A program made the translations under genes and the position numbers. Positions 31,024 through 42,300 of a stretch of 64,000 nt of DNA are shown here, one piece after another. Under the pieces are notes generated by a model that did no database searches, was not told where the DNA came from, and saw only the letters and a list, made by a program, of their open reading frames with translations. Each line of letters begins with the position of its first letter. The first letter of the stretch is position 1. Origin of the DNA: Escherichia coli (GTDB taxonomy: Bacteria; Pseudomonadota; Gammaproteobacteria; Enterobacterales; Enterobacteriaceae); assembly GCF_016903815.1 (NCBI RefSeq), contig NZ_CP069973.1. One strand, 5' to 3'.

Positions 31024-31128
31024 TTTTTTCCCTTAAATTCATCTGACTTACGCATAGTGATAAACCTCTTTTTCGCAAAATCGTCATGGATTTACTAAAA
31101 CATGCATATTCGATCACAAAACGTCATA

Positions 31129-31204
31129 GTTAACGTTAACATTTGTGATATTCATCGCATTTATGAAAGTAATGGACTTTATTTTTATAAAAGTTAACGT
31201 TAAC
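31129..31204. promoter_or_regulatory. Two identical 12-bp palindromes GTTAACGTTAAC (31129-31140, 31193-31204) in the cscK-cscA divergent promoter region; candidate CscR operators
   Basis: Perfect palindromes 64 bp apart between divergent csc genes, typical of LacI-family operators. Confidence 0.45.
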
Positions 31205-31229
31205 AATTCACCAAATTTGCTTAACCAGG

Positions 31230-32672
31230 ATGATAAAAATGACGCAATCTCGATTACATGCGGCGCAAAACGCACTAGCAAAACTTCACGAGCGCCGAGG
31301 TAACACTTTCTATCCCCATTTTCACCTCGCGCCTCCTGCCGGGTGGATGAACGATCCAAACGGCCTGATCTGGTTTAACGATCGTTATCACGCGTTTTAT
31401 CAACATCACCCGATGAGCGAACACTGGGGGCCAATGCACTGGGGACATGCCACCAGCGACGATATGATCCACTGGCAGCATAAGCCTATTGCGCTAGCGC
31501 CAGGAGACGAGAATGACAAAGACGGGTGTTTTTCAGGTAGTGCTGTCGATGACAATGGTGTCCTCTCACTTATCTACACCGGACACGTCTGGCTCGATGG
31601 TGCAGGTAATGACGATGCAATTCGCGAAGTACAATGTCTGGCTACCAGTCGGGATGGTATTCATTTCGAGAAACAGGGTGTGATCCTCACTCCACCAGAA
31701 GGAATCATGCACTTCCGCGATCCTAAAGTGTGGCGTGAAGCCGACACATGGTGGATGGTTGTCGGGGCGAAAGATCCAGGCAACACGGGGCAGATCCTGC
31801 TTTATCGCGGCAGTTCATTGCGTGAATGGACCTTCGATCGCGTACTGGCCCACGCTGATGCGGGTGAAAGCTATATGTGGGAATGTCCGGACTTTTTCAG
31901 CCTTGGCGATCAGCATTATCTGATGTTTTCCCCGCAGGGAATGAATGCCGAGGGATACAGTTACCGAAATCGCTTTCAAAGTGGCGTAATACCCGGAATG
32001 TGGTCGCCAGGACGACTTTTTGCACAATCCGGGCATTTTACTGAACTTGATAACGGGCATGACTTTTATGCACCACAAAGCTTTTTAGCGAAGGATGGTC
32101 GGCGTATTGTTATCGGCTGGATGGATATGTGGGAATCGCCAATGCCCTCAAAACGTGAAGGCTGGGCAGGCTGCATGACGCTGGCGCGCGAGCTATCAGA
32201 GAGCAATGGCAAACTTCTACAACGCCCGGTACACGAAGCTGAGTCGTTACGCCAGCAGCATCAATCTATCTCTCCCCGCACAATCAGCAATAAATATGTT
32301 TTGCAGGAAAACGCGCAAGCAGTTGAGATTCAGTTGCAGTGGGCGCTGAAGAACAGTGATGCCGAACATTACGGATTACAGCTCGGCACTGGAATGCGGC
32401 TGTATATTGATAACCAATCTGAGCGACTTGTTTTGTGGCGGTATTACCCACACGAGAATTTAGATGGCTACCGTAGTATTCCCCTCCCGCAGGGTGACAT
32501 GCTCGCCCTAAGGATATTTATCGATACATCATCCGTGGAAGTATTTATTAACGACGGGGAGGCGGTGATGAGTAGCCGAATATATCCGCAGCCAGAAGAA
32601 CGGGAACTGTCGCTCTATGCCTCCCACGGAGTGGCTGTGCTGCAACATGGAGCACTCTGGCAACTGGGTTAA
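31230..32672 (+). CDS. cscA: Sucrose-6-phosphate hydrolase / invertase (GH32)
   Basis: GH32 motifs WMNDPNG, FRDP and WECPD. Confidence 0.9.
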   Translation: MIKMTQSRLHAAQNALAKLHERRGNTFYPHFHLAPPAGWMNDPNGLIWFNDRYHAFYQHHPMSEHWGPMHWGHATSDDMIHWQHKPIALAPGDENDKDGCFSGSAVDDNGVLSLIYTGHVWLDGAGNDDAIREVQCLATSRDGIHFEKQGVILTPPEGIMHFRDPKVWREADTWWMVVGAKDPGNTGQILLYRGSSLREWTFDRVLAHADAGESYMWECPDFFSLGDQHYLMFSPQGMNAEGYSYRNRFQSGVIPGMWSPGRLFAQSGHFTELDNGHDFYAPQSFLAKDGRRIVIGWMDMWESPMPSKREGWAGCMTLARELSESNGKLLQRPVHEAESLRQQHQSISPRTISNKYVLQENAQAVEIQLQWALKNSDAEHYGLQLGTGMRLYIDNQSERLVLWRYYPHENLDGYRSIPLPQGDMLALRIFIDTSSVEVFINDGEAVMSSRIYPQPEERELSLYASHGVAVLQHGALWQLG

Positions 32673-32679
32673 CATAATA

Positions 32680-33675
32680 TCAGGTGGAACAACGGATCAA
32701 CAGCGGGCAAGGGATCCGCGTCACTCTTCCCCCTTCACGATCTTCAATAATATGCAATGCAGCTTCCCGCCCGATAATGTCATGTGGAAGCTGAATTGTG
32801 GTCAGCGGCGGTAAAAACAGATGCCCGACGCCAACCAGATTATCAAAGCCCATTACGGCGACATCCTGCGGGATACGTACCCCCTTCGCCAGGAGAACCT
32901 GATAAGCGACAAAGGCTGCGCGATCGTTACCACATATCAGAACATCAAAATCTGGTTTGCCAGATTTGAAGTGGGCATTGAGTAAACTTGCGAGATCGGT
33001 GTAGTGATCATCACCTGTTGCCATGTGAAATTGTTTCACCTCAGCCAGATCTCGTCCAGCATCACGCCAGGCCTGCTCAAATCCCTGCCGACGATACCCT
33101 GTTGCCAACGCACTTTCCGGTAGCCAGAAGCATAACGGTTGACGATAGCCCGCCGCGAGCAAATGCTGTGTTGATTCATATTGTGCAGTGTAATCATCAG
33201 GGATATAACTGGGTAACGCTGGGTCATCCGCCACACAGTTCGCCAATACAATATTTTCACCATACAGAGACTCAGGCAGCGTGATATGTCGCAGCCCCAT
33301 TGTAGTATAGATAATGCCATCCGGACGGTGGGCAAGCAGCTGACGAGCAGCACGGGCAGCGTCATCTTCAGAAAAAATATTGATTAAAAAACTATTCCAG
33401 CCGAACTCGCTGGCGGTTTGCTCAATGGCAAGCAGAATATCAACAGAGAAAGGAGTGGTAGCAGTGTCCTGCGCCAGCACGGCGAGAGTCGACGGCTTAC
33501 GTCCTTGAGCGCGCATCTTACGGGCGGAAAGATCAGGAACATAATTCAGGGTCTGGATTGCCTGCAATACGCGGTCACGCGTTGCAGGACGCACAGATTC
33601 TGCATTATGCATCACCCGGGAGACTGTCATCATCGACACTCCCGCCAGGCGTGCGACATCCTTTAATGAAGCCAT
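32680..33675 (-). CDS. cscR: LacI-family sucrose repressor
   Basis: From the internal Met, MASLKDVARLAGVSMMTVSRVMHN... is a LacI-type HTH; the ORF-track extension upstream is probably not translated. Confidence 0.85.
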   Translation of the reverse strand: MASLKDVARLAGVSMMTVSRVMHNAESVRPATRDRVLQAIQTLNYVPDLSARKMRAQGRKPSTLAVLAQDTATTPFSVDILLAIEQTASEFGWNSFLINIFSEDDAARAARQLLAHRPDGIIYTTMGLRHITLPESLYGENIVLANCVADDPALPSYIPDDYTAQYESTQHLLAAGYRQPLCFWLPESALATGYRRQGFEQAWRDAGRDLAEVKQFHMATGDDHYTDLASLLNAHFKSGKPDFDVLICGNDRAAFVAYQVLLAKGVRIPQDVAVMGFDNLVGVGHLFLPPLTTIQLPHDIIGREAALHIIEDREGGRVTRIPCPLLIRCST

Positions 33676-33904
33676 ACCCAAGCCGTTTGCCGTAAAACGG
33701 GCACTGTAGCAGAAACAGACGTCACTGGCGAGATCCAACGATATTCTCGACGCCCTATCACCCGACACGGCAATACAATAAAAAATAACAATAATTCCCG
33801 GACAATTGTACCCAATTCCGCCTCTGTTCTCGCCAACGAGTAACCATGTAGGCAAGTAGGTAAAACATGCCAACTGGCATCGCCAACCTGGAGAAGAAAA
33901 TATA

Positions 33905-34136
33905 AATATGGATCATTGTGCTGCCGCTGTATCCCGACATCAGCCCGGAAATTATTGCGATTGCTATCGGTTCAGGTGCGATTGGCTGCACGATCGTTAC
34001 GGACTCGCTTTTCTGGCTGGTGAAGCAATATTGCGGCGCTACGCTCAATGAAACATTTAAATACTATACGACCGCGACATTTATCGCTTCAGTCGTCGCT
34101 CTGGCGGGCACATTCCTGCTGTCATTTATCATCTAA
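33905..34136 (+). pseudogene. dsdX: 3-prime remnant of the D-serine permease gene dsdX (truncated by the csc insertion)
   Basis: Encodes only a GntP-family C-terminus (...[41 protein letters not shown]...) immediately upstream of dsdA. Confidence 0.6.
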
Positions 34137-34153
34137 GCGCAAAGAGACGTACT

Positions 34154-35482
34154 ATGGAAAACGCTAAAATGAACTCGCTCATCGCCCAGTATCCGTTGGT
34201 AAAGGATCTGGTTGCTCTTCAAGAAACCACCTGGTTTAATCCTGGCACGACCTCATTGGCTGAAGGTTTACCTTATGTTGGCCTGACCGAACAGGATGTT
34301 CAGGACGCCCATGCGCGCTTATCCCGTTTTGCAGCCTATCTGGCAAAAGCATTTCCTGAAACTGCTGCTACTGGGGGGATTATTGAATCAGAACTGGTTG
34401 CCATTCCGGCTATGCAAAAACGGCTGGAAAAGGAATATCAACAACCGATCAGCGGGCAACTGCTACTGAAAAAAGATAGCCATTTGCCCATTTCCGGCTC
34501 CATAAAAGCACGCGGCGGGATTTATGAAGTCCTGGCACATGCAGAAAAACTGGCTCTGGAAGCGGGGTTGCTGACGCTTGAAGATGACTACAGCAAACTG
34601 CTTTCTCCGGAGTTTAAACAGTTCTTTAGCCAATACAGCATTGCTGTGGGCTCAACCGGAAATCTGGGGTTATCAATCGGCATTATGAGCGCCCGCATTG
34701 GCTTTAAGGTGACAGTACATATGTCTGCTGATGCCCGGGCATGGAAAAAAGCGAAACTGCGCAGCCATGGCGTTACGGTCGTGGAATATGAGCAAGATTA
34801 TGGTGTTGCAGTCGAGGAAGGACGTAAAGCAGCGCAGTCTGACCCGAACTGTTTCTTTATTGATGACGAGAATTCCCGCACGTTGTTCCTTGGGTATTCC
34901 GTCGCTGGCCAGCGTCTTAAAGCGCAATTTGCCGAGCAAAGTCGTATTGTCGATGCTGATAACCCTCTGTTTGTCTATCTGCCGTGTGGTGTTGGCGGTG
35001 GTCCTGGTGGCGTCGCATTCGGGCTTAAACTGGCATTTGGCGATCATGTTCACTGCTTTTTTGCCGAACCAACGCACTCCCCTTGTATGCTGTTAGGCGT
35101 CCATACAGGATTACACGATCAGATTTCTGTTCAGGATATTGGTATCGACAACCTTACCGCAGCGGATGGCCTTGCAGTTGGTCGCGCATCAGGCTTTGTC
35201 GGGCGGGCAATGGAGCGTCTACTGGATGGCTTCTATACCCTTAGCGATCAAACCATGTATGACATGCTTGGCTGGCTGGCGCAGGAAGAAGGCATTCGTC
35301 TTGAACCTTCGGCACTGGCGGGTATGGCCGGGCCTCAGCGCGTGTGCGCATCAGTAAGTTACCAACAGATGCACGGTTTCAGCGCAGAACAACTGCGTAA
35401 TGCCACTCATCTGGTGTGGGCGACGGGAGGTGGAATGGTGCCGGAAGAAGAGATGGAGCAATATCTGGCAAAAGGCCGCTAA
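34154..35482 (+). CDS. dsdA: D-serine dehydratase
   Basis: 442 aa; [31 protein letters not shown]... matches recalled DsdA. Confidence 0.95.
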   Translation: MENAKMNSLIAQYPLVKDLVALQETTWFNPGTTSLAEGLPYVGLTEQDVQDAHARLSRFAAYLAKAFPETAATGGIIESELVAIPAMQKRLEKEYQQPISGQLLLKKDSHLPISGSIKARGGIYEVLAHAEKLALEAGLLTLEDDYSKLLSPEFKQFFSQYSIAVGSTGNLGLSIGIMSARIGFKVTVHMSADARAWKKAKLRSHGVTVVEYEQDYGVAVEEGRKAAQSDPNCFFIDDENSRTLFLGYSVAGQRLKAQFAEQSRIVDADNPLFVYLPCGVGGGPGGVAFGLKLAFGDHVHCFFAEPTHSPCMLLGVHTGLHDQISVQDIGIDNLTAADGLAVGRASGFVGRAMERLLDGFYTLSDQTMYDMLGWLAQEEGIRLEPSALAGMAGPQRVCASVSYQQMHGFSAEQLRNATHLVWATGGGMVPEEEMEQYLAKGR

Positions 35483-35589
35483 TTACTTTTCAATTCAGCA
35501 TCGCCATCCTTTCCCTGGGTGAGCGATGCTGCCGATGGCGCAGACTTAAGGTCCCTGGTCTTACCTGCTATAACCCCCTCCTTTTATCA

Positions 35590-37128
35590 TCACCCAACGC
35601 CTTTCGCTGTAAACGGCGGTTTCGCAAACCAAACCAAAACTGTAAGTAAGATAAAAGCAATAGCCGCCATACGGAAAATCTCATTTGCAGAAATTGAAAG
35701 TGACTGCTGAGTTATTTCATTATTAATTTCATTAAGAACCCCTGAAAGCGAACCATAGTATTTATCCATAATTTGTGACGATGAATTAAACACGGGGTTA
35801 AATTGATCGATGGTTGCTGTCAACTGACTATGGTGTAACGATTCGCGTCGTCCCCACAGCGTCATTGTCAACGACGTACCAACTGATCCTGACAAGGTGC
35901 GAAAAAAATTACTCATACTCGAGGCATTGGCAAATTTATTATCTGGCAACCCTGAAAACGAAATCGTTGTTAAGGGTAAAAAGAAACAGGCAACGGCGAA
36001 TCCCTGGAAAAACTGTGGCAAAATGATGCCTGTAAAATCAATCGTTGGCATAAATGTCACAGAACGCCAGTAATAGCAAACCGCATACATTAAAAAACTA
36101 AATGTCACCAACAACCGCATATCAATTTTGTTGCCATAACGTCCTATCAAAGGTGATATTAATAGCGGCATGATGCCGATGGGCGCATAGGCAAGTCCGG
36201 CCCATATCGCATTATACCCCATCGTTTCCTGGAGTAACTGCGGCATAAGGACTATCGCCCCAGAGTAAAATAAATACGCGCATGTGATACTCACAATACC
36301 AATGGTGAAATTACGGGACTTAAACAAACTGAGATCAAGAATCGGGTTCTCTGAGGTCGACTCCCAAATGACTAAAGAAATCAGAGAAATAACTGACACT
36401 ACTGTTAGTATTATTATTGTACTCGAGTTGAACCAATCCAGGTCGCGCCCTTTATCAAGCATTATCTGCAAGCCACCAACACCGAGCACTAACAGGGTCA
36501 GTCCTGGTAGATTCATTTTGACCGGTGAAGTCTCAGTTTCTCTTCCTTTAAGTAAGGTTAAGCATAATGTCAGAACGATAATCCCCATAGGGACATTGAT
36601 TAAAAATATCCAACCCCAGCTAAAGTTATCACAAATATAACCGCCCAATATCGGCCCACATATCGGCGCGATAATCACGGTCATAGACCATAATGCCAGA
36701 GCAAATGTTCTTTTTTCTGGTGGATAATTCCTTAATAATAAACTCTGTGACAGTGGAATTAACGGCCCCGCCATTAACCCCTGAACGACTCTAAAAAATA
36801 TCAGCACATCAAGATTGGTCGATAGGCTACACATTAATGAAGATAGCGAAAAAAAGGTTACTGAAAGTAAAAATAATCTTAATTCGCCTATTCTTTGTGC
36901 CAACCTGCCGGTAACAGGGATCGCAATGGCATTTGCTACACCAAACGAAGTGATAACCCAGGTGCCTTCGTCTGTTGATGCTCCCAGAAAGCCAGATATT
37001 GTCGGTATTGCGACGTTAGAAATAGTGGAATCCAACATTTGCATAAACGTCGCTAATGACAATGCAATAGTGACGCACCATAACGTCCCACCGGTTAATG
37101 GTGCCGGAGTTGATTTAGTGATTGCCAT
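35590..37128 (-). CDS. emrY: MFS multidrug efflux pump
   Basis: 512-aa 14-TM EmrB-like protein, adjacent to emrK and evgAS. Confidence 0.9.
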   Translation of the reverse strand: MAITKSTPAPLTGGTLWCVTIALSLATFMQMLDSTISNVAIPTISGFLGASTDEGTWVITSFGVANAIAIPVTGRLAQRIGELRLFLLSVTFFSLSSLMCSLSTNLDVLIFFRVVQGLMAGPLIPLSQSLLLRNYPPEKRTFALALWSMTVIIAPICGPILGGYICDNFSWGWIFLINVPMGIIVLTLCLTLLKGRETETSPVKMNLPGLTLLVLGVGGLQIMLDKGRDLDWFNSSTIIILTVVSVISLISLVIWESTSENPILDLSLFKSRNFTIGIVSITCAYLFYSGAIVLMPQLLQETMGYNAIWAGLAYAPIGIMPLLISPLIGRYGNKIDMRLLVTFSFLMYAVCYYWRSVTFMPTIDFTGIILPQFFQGFAVACFFLPLTTISFSGLPDNKFANASSMSNFFRTLSGSVGTSLTMTLWGRRESLHHSQLTATIDQFNPVFNSSSQIMDKYYGSLSGVLNEINNEITQQSLSISANEIFRMAAIAFILLTVLVWFAKPPFTAKGVG

Positions 37129-38291
37129 TAAAGTTGTCCATTATGCGAAATAATGTTGCTAATTTCTTTTTCTATCGGACTGGTATCGATAACTAAAGCC
37201 TTACTGGTATAAGCAGGCATGGACGTCACGGTTGAAGCCAGCTCAGGCATCTCGGCAATGTCTTCGTTCTTCGTATCAATAGTTGCTGTCATCGATAAAC
37301 CAATACGTAAGGGATGTTCCATGAGTTCTTTTGGATCAAGAGAAACTTCAACCGGTACACGCTGAACGATTTTGATCCAGTTCCCTGTCGCATTTTGTGC
37401 AGGTAATAAGGAGAACGCATTGCCGGTTCCCATATTGATCCCTGTCACCCGACCATGAAACACAACATTTTCACCATAAAGATCGCTGATAATATTGACC
37501 GATTGACCAATCCGTACATCCGTGAGTTGTGTTTCTTTAAAGTTGGCATTAACCCACATTTGACGTGCCGGTACGACAGCCATTAACGATTGTCCGGGAC
37601 TCACTGTTTCGCCGACCTGAACGCTTCTCTGGGCAATATAGCCGGTAACAGGACTCTTAATATCCGTACGTTTAAGCGCTAACCAGGCTTCTTTGGTTGC
37701 ATCCGCCGCTTCAACGACTTGTGGCTGACGGTTTAATGGTGTGTTCATTACTAAAGCTTTATTCGCTTTATAAGCCTGGATAGCGGCATTCAATGCCGCT
37801 TTGCTACTTATTAACGTATCTTTGGTATGCTCCAGCGTTTCTTTTGAAATAACCCCCTGCTTCGCTAAAGGTACACGACGGTTATAATCTTCTAAAGATT
37901 GTTGATACTGAATACGTGCTGAAGCGACTTCGGCACTGTATTGTTTATCCTGTAAGTACAGTTTATTCGTTTGCCGAACAATATTGGCCAGATTATTTTT
38001 AGCTTTATTGAGTGCGATAGTGGCATCAGTCTTATCCAGTGAGACTAAAATGTCACCCTGTCGAACGTAGTTCGTATCTTTATGATTAACGACAGTGACG
38101 CTGCCTGAAACTTGTGCAGAAATTGGATCTGCATTCCCCGTGACATAGGCATCATCTGTACTAATCATGTCTTCTAATTCCATTGACCAATAGGCATAGG
38201 CACCTGAAAACGCAATAAATAAAACTACCGCCAATAAAGAAAAGTATTTTCTTCTGTTAGAATGTTTTTTATTTGAATTAATCTGTTCCAC
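37128..38291 (-). CDS. emrK: Multidrug efflux membrane fusion protein
   Basis: 387-aa EmrA-like periplasmic adaptor; stop overlaps the emrY start. Confidence 0.9.
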   Translation of the reverse strand: MEQINSNKKHSNRRKYFSLLAVVLFIAFSGAYAYWSMELEDMISTDDAYVTGNADPISAQVSGSVTVVNHKDTNYVRQGDILVSLDKTDATIALNKAKNNLANIVRQTNKLYLQDKQYSAEVASARIQYQQSLEDYNRRVPLAKQGVISKETLEHTKDTLISSKAALNAAIQAYKANKALVMNTPLNRQPQVVEAADATKEAWLALKRTDIKSPVTGYIAQRSVQVGETVSPGQSLMAVVPARQMWVNANFKETQLTDVRIGQSVNIISDLYGENVVFHGRVTGINMGTGNAFSLLPAQNATGNWIKIVQRVPVEVSLDPKELMEHPLRIGLSMTATIDTKNEDIAEMPELASTVTSMPAYTSKALVIDTSPIEKEISNIISHNGQL

Positions 38292-38706
38292 TATTATCTC
38301 TCATTTCGCATAGATGAAATTTATGAATTGAATGAAAAGAGTATTCATTCTTCATATCAAACACAGTGCATGTGTTGCACATTGTCCCAGGAACGTTGGA
38401 GGCCTAATTTAAATGAGGTGCAAAAAAAACAACAGAGGACTAAACCGTGGCTTTTGCAATACAATTCTTACGCATGTAGGATTAGTGAGAAGACTTATAG
38501 TACTAATGTGAAACTATAAATCATCGGTACAATCCCTGATTTTATTGTTGACATTTCATATATGCCGACTATTTATATGGTATACTTGTCGAATTATCTT
38601 AAAGGAAGCTCAAATTTTCTTATTTTTATTGAGAAAATGAGATGATGCCTTATGTCTGTATTACTACAGGGAGAAGGGAGATGCTTCATTGCAAAGGGAA
38701 TAATCT

Positions 38707-39321
38707 ATGAACGCAATAATTATTGATGACCATCCTCTTGCTATCGCAGCAATTCGTAATTTATTGATCAAAAACGATATTGAAATCTTAGCGGAGTTGA
38801 CTGAAGGGGGAAGTGCCGTTCAGCGGGTGGAAACACTTAAACCTGATATCGTCATCATTGATGTCGATATCCCCGGAGTTAACGGTATCCAGGTGTTAGA
38901 AACGCTGAGGAAGCGCCAATATAGCGGAATTATTATTATCGTCTCCGCTAAAAATGACCATTTTTACGGGAAACATTGTGCTGATGCTGGCGCTAATGGA
39001 TTCGTGAGTAAAAAAGAAGGCATGAACAATATCATTGCGGCTATTGAAGCTGCAAAAAATGGCTACTGCTATTTCCCCTTCTCTCTCAACCGGTTTGTTG
39101 GAAGTTTAACGTCCGACCAGCAAAAACTCGACTCCTTATCGAAACAAGAAATTAGTGTCATGCGATATATTCTTGATGGCAAGGATAATAATGACATTGC
39201 TGAAAAAATGTTCATCAGCAACAAAACTGTCAGCACTTATAAAAGTCGCCTGATGGAAAAATTAGAATGTAAATCACTGATGGATCTTTACACATTCGCA
39301 CAACGTAACAAAATCGGCTAA
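38707..39321 (+). CDS. evgA: Response regulator EvgA (NarL/LuxR family)
   Basis: 204 aa with receiver domain and LuxR-type HTH. Confidence 0.95.
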   Translation: MNAIIIDDHPLAIAAIRNLLIKNDIEILAELTEGGSAVQRVETLKPDIVIIDVDIPGVNGIQVLETLRKRQYSGIIIIVSAKNDHFYGKHCADAGANGFVSKKEGMNNIIAAIEAAKNGYCYFPFSLNRFVGSLTSDQQKLDSLSKQEISVMRYILDGKDNNDIAEKMFISNKTVSTYKSRLMEKLECKSLMDLYTFAQRNKIG

Positions 39322-39325
39322 CCAC

Positions 39326-42300
39326 ATGAAGTTTTTACCCTATATTTTTCTTCTCTGTTGTGGTCTTTGGTCGACCATAAGTTTCGCAGACGAAGATTAC
39401 ATCGAATATCGTGGCATCAGTAGTAACAACCGTGTCACGCTTGATCCACTACGTCTGAGCAACAAGGAATTACGTTGGTTAGCGAGCAAAAAAAATCTTG
39501 TGATTGCAGTACACAAGTCCCAAACGGCTACTTTGTTGCATACCGATTCGCAGCAACGGGTTCGTGGTATTAATGCTGATTATTTAAATCTTTTAAAAAG
39601 AGCGTTAAATATTAAATTAACACTCCGGGAATACGCAGATCATCAAAAAGCAATGGACGCGCTTACAGAAGGGGAAGTCGATATAGTGTTATCACATTTA
39701 GTTGCTTCGCCGCCTCTTAATGATGACATTGCTGCAACCAAACCGCTGATAATTACCTTTCCGGCGCTGGTCACCACCCTTCACGATTCAATGAGCCCGC
39801 TTACCTCATCAAAACCAGTAAATATTGCTCGGGTAGCAAATTACCCTCCAGATGAGGTAATTCATCAATCATTTCCAAAAGCAACAATTATCTCTTTTAC
39901 AAATTTATATCAGGCATTAGCATCCGTCTCAGCCGGACAGAATGATTACTTTATTGGTAGTAACATTATTACCAGCAGTATGATTTCCCGCTATTTCACT
40001 CACTCCTTAAATGTAGTGAAATATTATAACTCGCCGCGTCAATATAACTTTTTCTTAACCAGAAAAGATTCAGTCGTTCTTAATGAAGTACTCAATCGAT
40101 TTGTTGATGCTTTAACAAATGAAGTTCGCTATGAAGTATCACAAAATTGGCTTGATACAGGAAACCTGGCCTTTCTGAACAAACCATTAGAACTCACTGA
40201 ACATGAAAAACAGTGGATTAAGCAGCATCCCGATTTAAAGGTGCTGGAAAATCCTTACTCGCCACCCTATTCTATGACAGATGAAACTGGCTCAGTTCGG
40301 GGCGTGATGGGTGATATTCTTAATATTATTACCTTGCAAACAGGTTTAAATTTTTCTCCGATCACCGTTTCACACAATATTCATGCGGGGACACAGCTTA
40401 ACCCCGGTGGATGGGATATATTGCCCGCCGCTATTTATAGTGAAGATAGAGAAAATAATGTTTTATTTGCTGAAGCCTTCATAACAACGCCTTACGTTTT
40501 TGTCATGCAAAAAGCGCCTGACAGTGAACAAACATTAAAAAAAGGAATGAAAGTTGCCATTCCCTATTATTATGAGCTTCATTCGCAATTAAAAGAGATG
40601 TATCCGGAGGTAGAGTGGATAAAAGTCGATAACGCCAGCGCTGCATTTCACAAGGTCAAGGAAGGCGAACTTGATGCTCTGGTCGCGACACAGTTAAATT
40701 CACGTTACATGATCGACCATTACTATCCTAATGAACTTTATCATTTTCTTATTCCCGGCGTTCCGAATGCATCGCTTTCGTTCGCTTTTCCTCGCGGAGA
40801 ACCGGAACTTAAGGATATTATTAATAAAGCACTGAATGCAATTCCCCCAAGCGAAGTTCTGCGCCTGACGGAAAAATGGATTAAAATGCCCAATGTGACC
40901 ATTGACACATGGGACCTCTATAGCGAGCAATTTTATATTGTCACGACATTATCCGTTTTATTAGTTGGCAGTAGCCTTTTATGGGGATTCTACCTGTTAC
41001 GCTCAGTTCGTCGTCGTAAAGTCATTCAGGGTGATTTAGAAAACCAAATATCATTCCGAAAAGCACTCTCGGATTCCTTACCGAATCCAACTTATGTTGT
41101 AAACTGGCAAGGTAATGTCATTAGTCATAATAGTGCTTTTGAACATTATTTCACTGCGGATTACTACAAAAATGCAATGTTACCATTAGAAAACAGTGAC
41201 TCACCCTTTAAAGATGTTTTTTCTAATGCGCATGAAGTTACAGCAGAAACGAAAGAAAATCGAACAATATACACACAGGTATTTGAAATTGATAATGGCA
41301 TCGAGAAAAGATGCATTAATCACTGGCATACATTATGCAATCTGCCAGCCAGCGATCATGCTGTTTATATTTGTGGTTGGCAAGATATTACCGAGACGCG
41401 TGATTTAATTCATGCACTCGAGGTAGAGAGAAATAAAGCGATCAATGCAACTGTCGCAAAAAGCCAGTTTCTGGCAACAATGAGTCACGAAATAAGAACA
41501 CCAATAAGCTCCATTATGGGCTTCCTGGAACTTCTGTCGGGTTCTGGTCTTAGCAAGGAGCAACGGGTGGAGGCGATTTCACTTGCCTACGCCACCGGAC
41601 AATCACTCCTCGGCTTAATTGGTGAAATCCTTGATGTCGACAAAATTGAATCGGGTAACTATCAACTTCAACCACAATGGGTCGATATCCCTACTTTAGT
41701 CCAGAACACTTGTCACTCTTTCGGTGCGATTGCTGCAAGCAAATCGATCGCATTAAGTTGCAGCAGTACGTTTCCTGAACATTACCTGGTTAAGATCGAC
41801 CCTCAGGCGTTTAAGCAGGTCTTATCTAATTTACTGAGCAATGCTCTCAAATTTACCACCGAGGGGGCAGTAAAAATTACGACCTCCCTGGGTGACATTG
41901 ATGACAACCACGCTGTTATCAAAATGACGATTATGGATTCTGGAAGTGGATTATCGCAGGAAGAACAACAACAACTGTTTAAACGCTATAGCCAAACAAG
42001 TGCAGGTCGTCAGCAAACAGGTTCTGGTTTAGGCTTAATGATCTGCAAAGAATTAATTAAAAACATGCTGGGTGATTTGTCATTAGAAAGTCATCCCGGC
42101 ATAGGAACGACATTTACGATCACAATCCCGGTAGAAATTACCCAACAAGTGGCGACTGTCGAGGCAAAAGCAGAACAACCTATGACACTCCCTGAAAAGT
42201 TGAGTATATTAATCGCGGATGATCATCCAACCAACAGGCTATTACTCAAACGCCAGCTAAACCTATTAGGATATGATGTTGATGAAGCCACTGATGGTGT

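Noticed and set aside
40700-40930. Antisense ORFs inside evgS, oxc, alaC, fryA and other core genes on the six-frame track
   Set aside because: All overlap long, well-supported genes on the opposite strand and are typical of GC-biased reading-frame noise.
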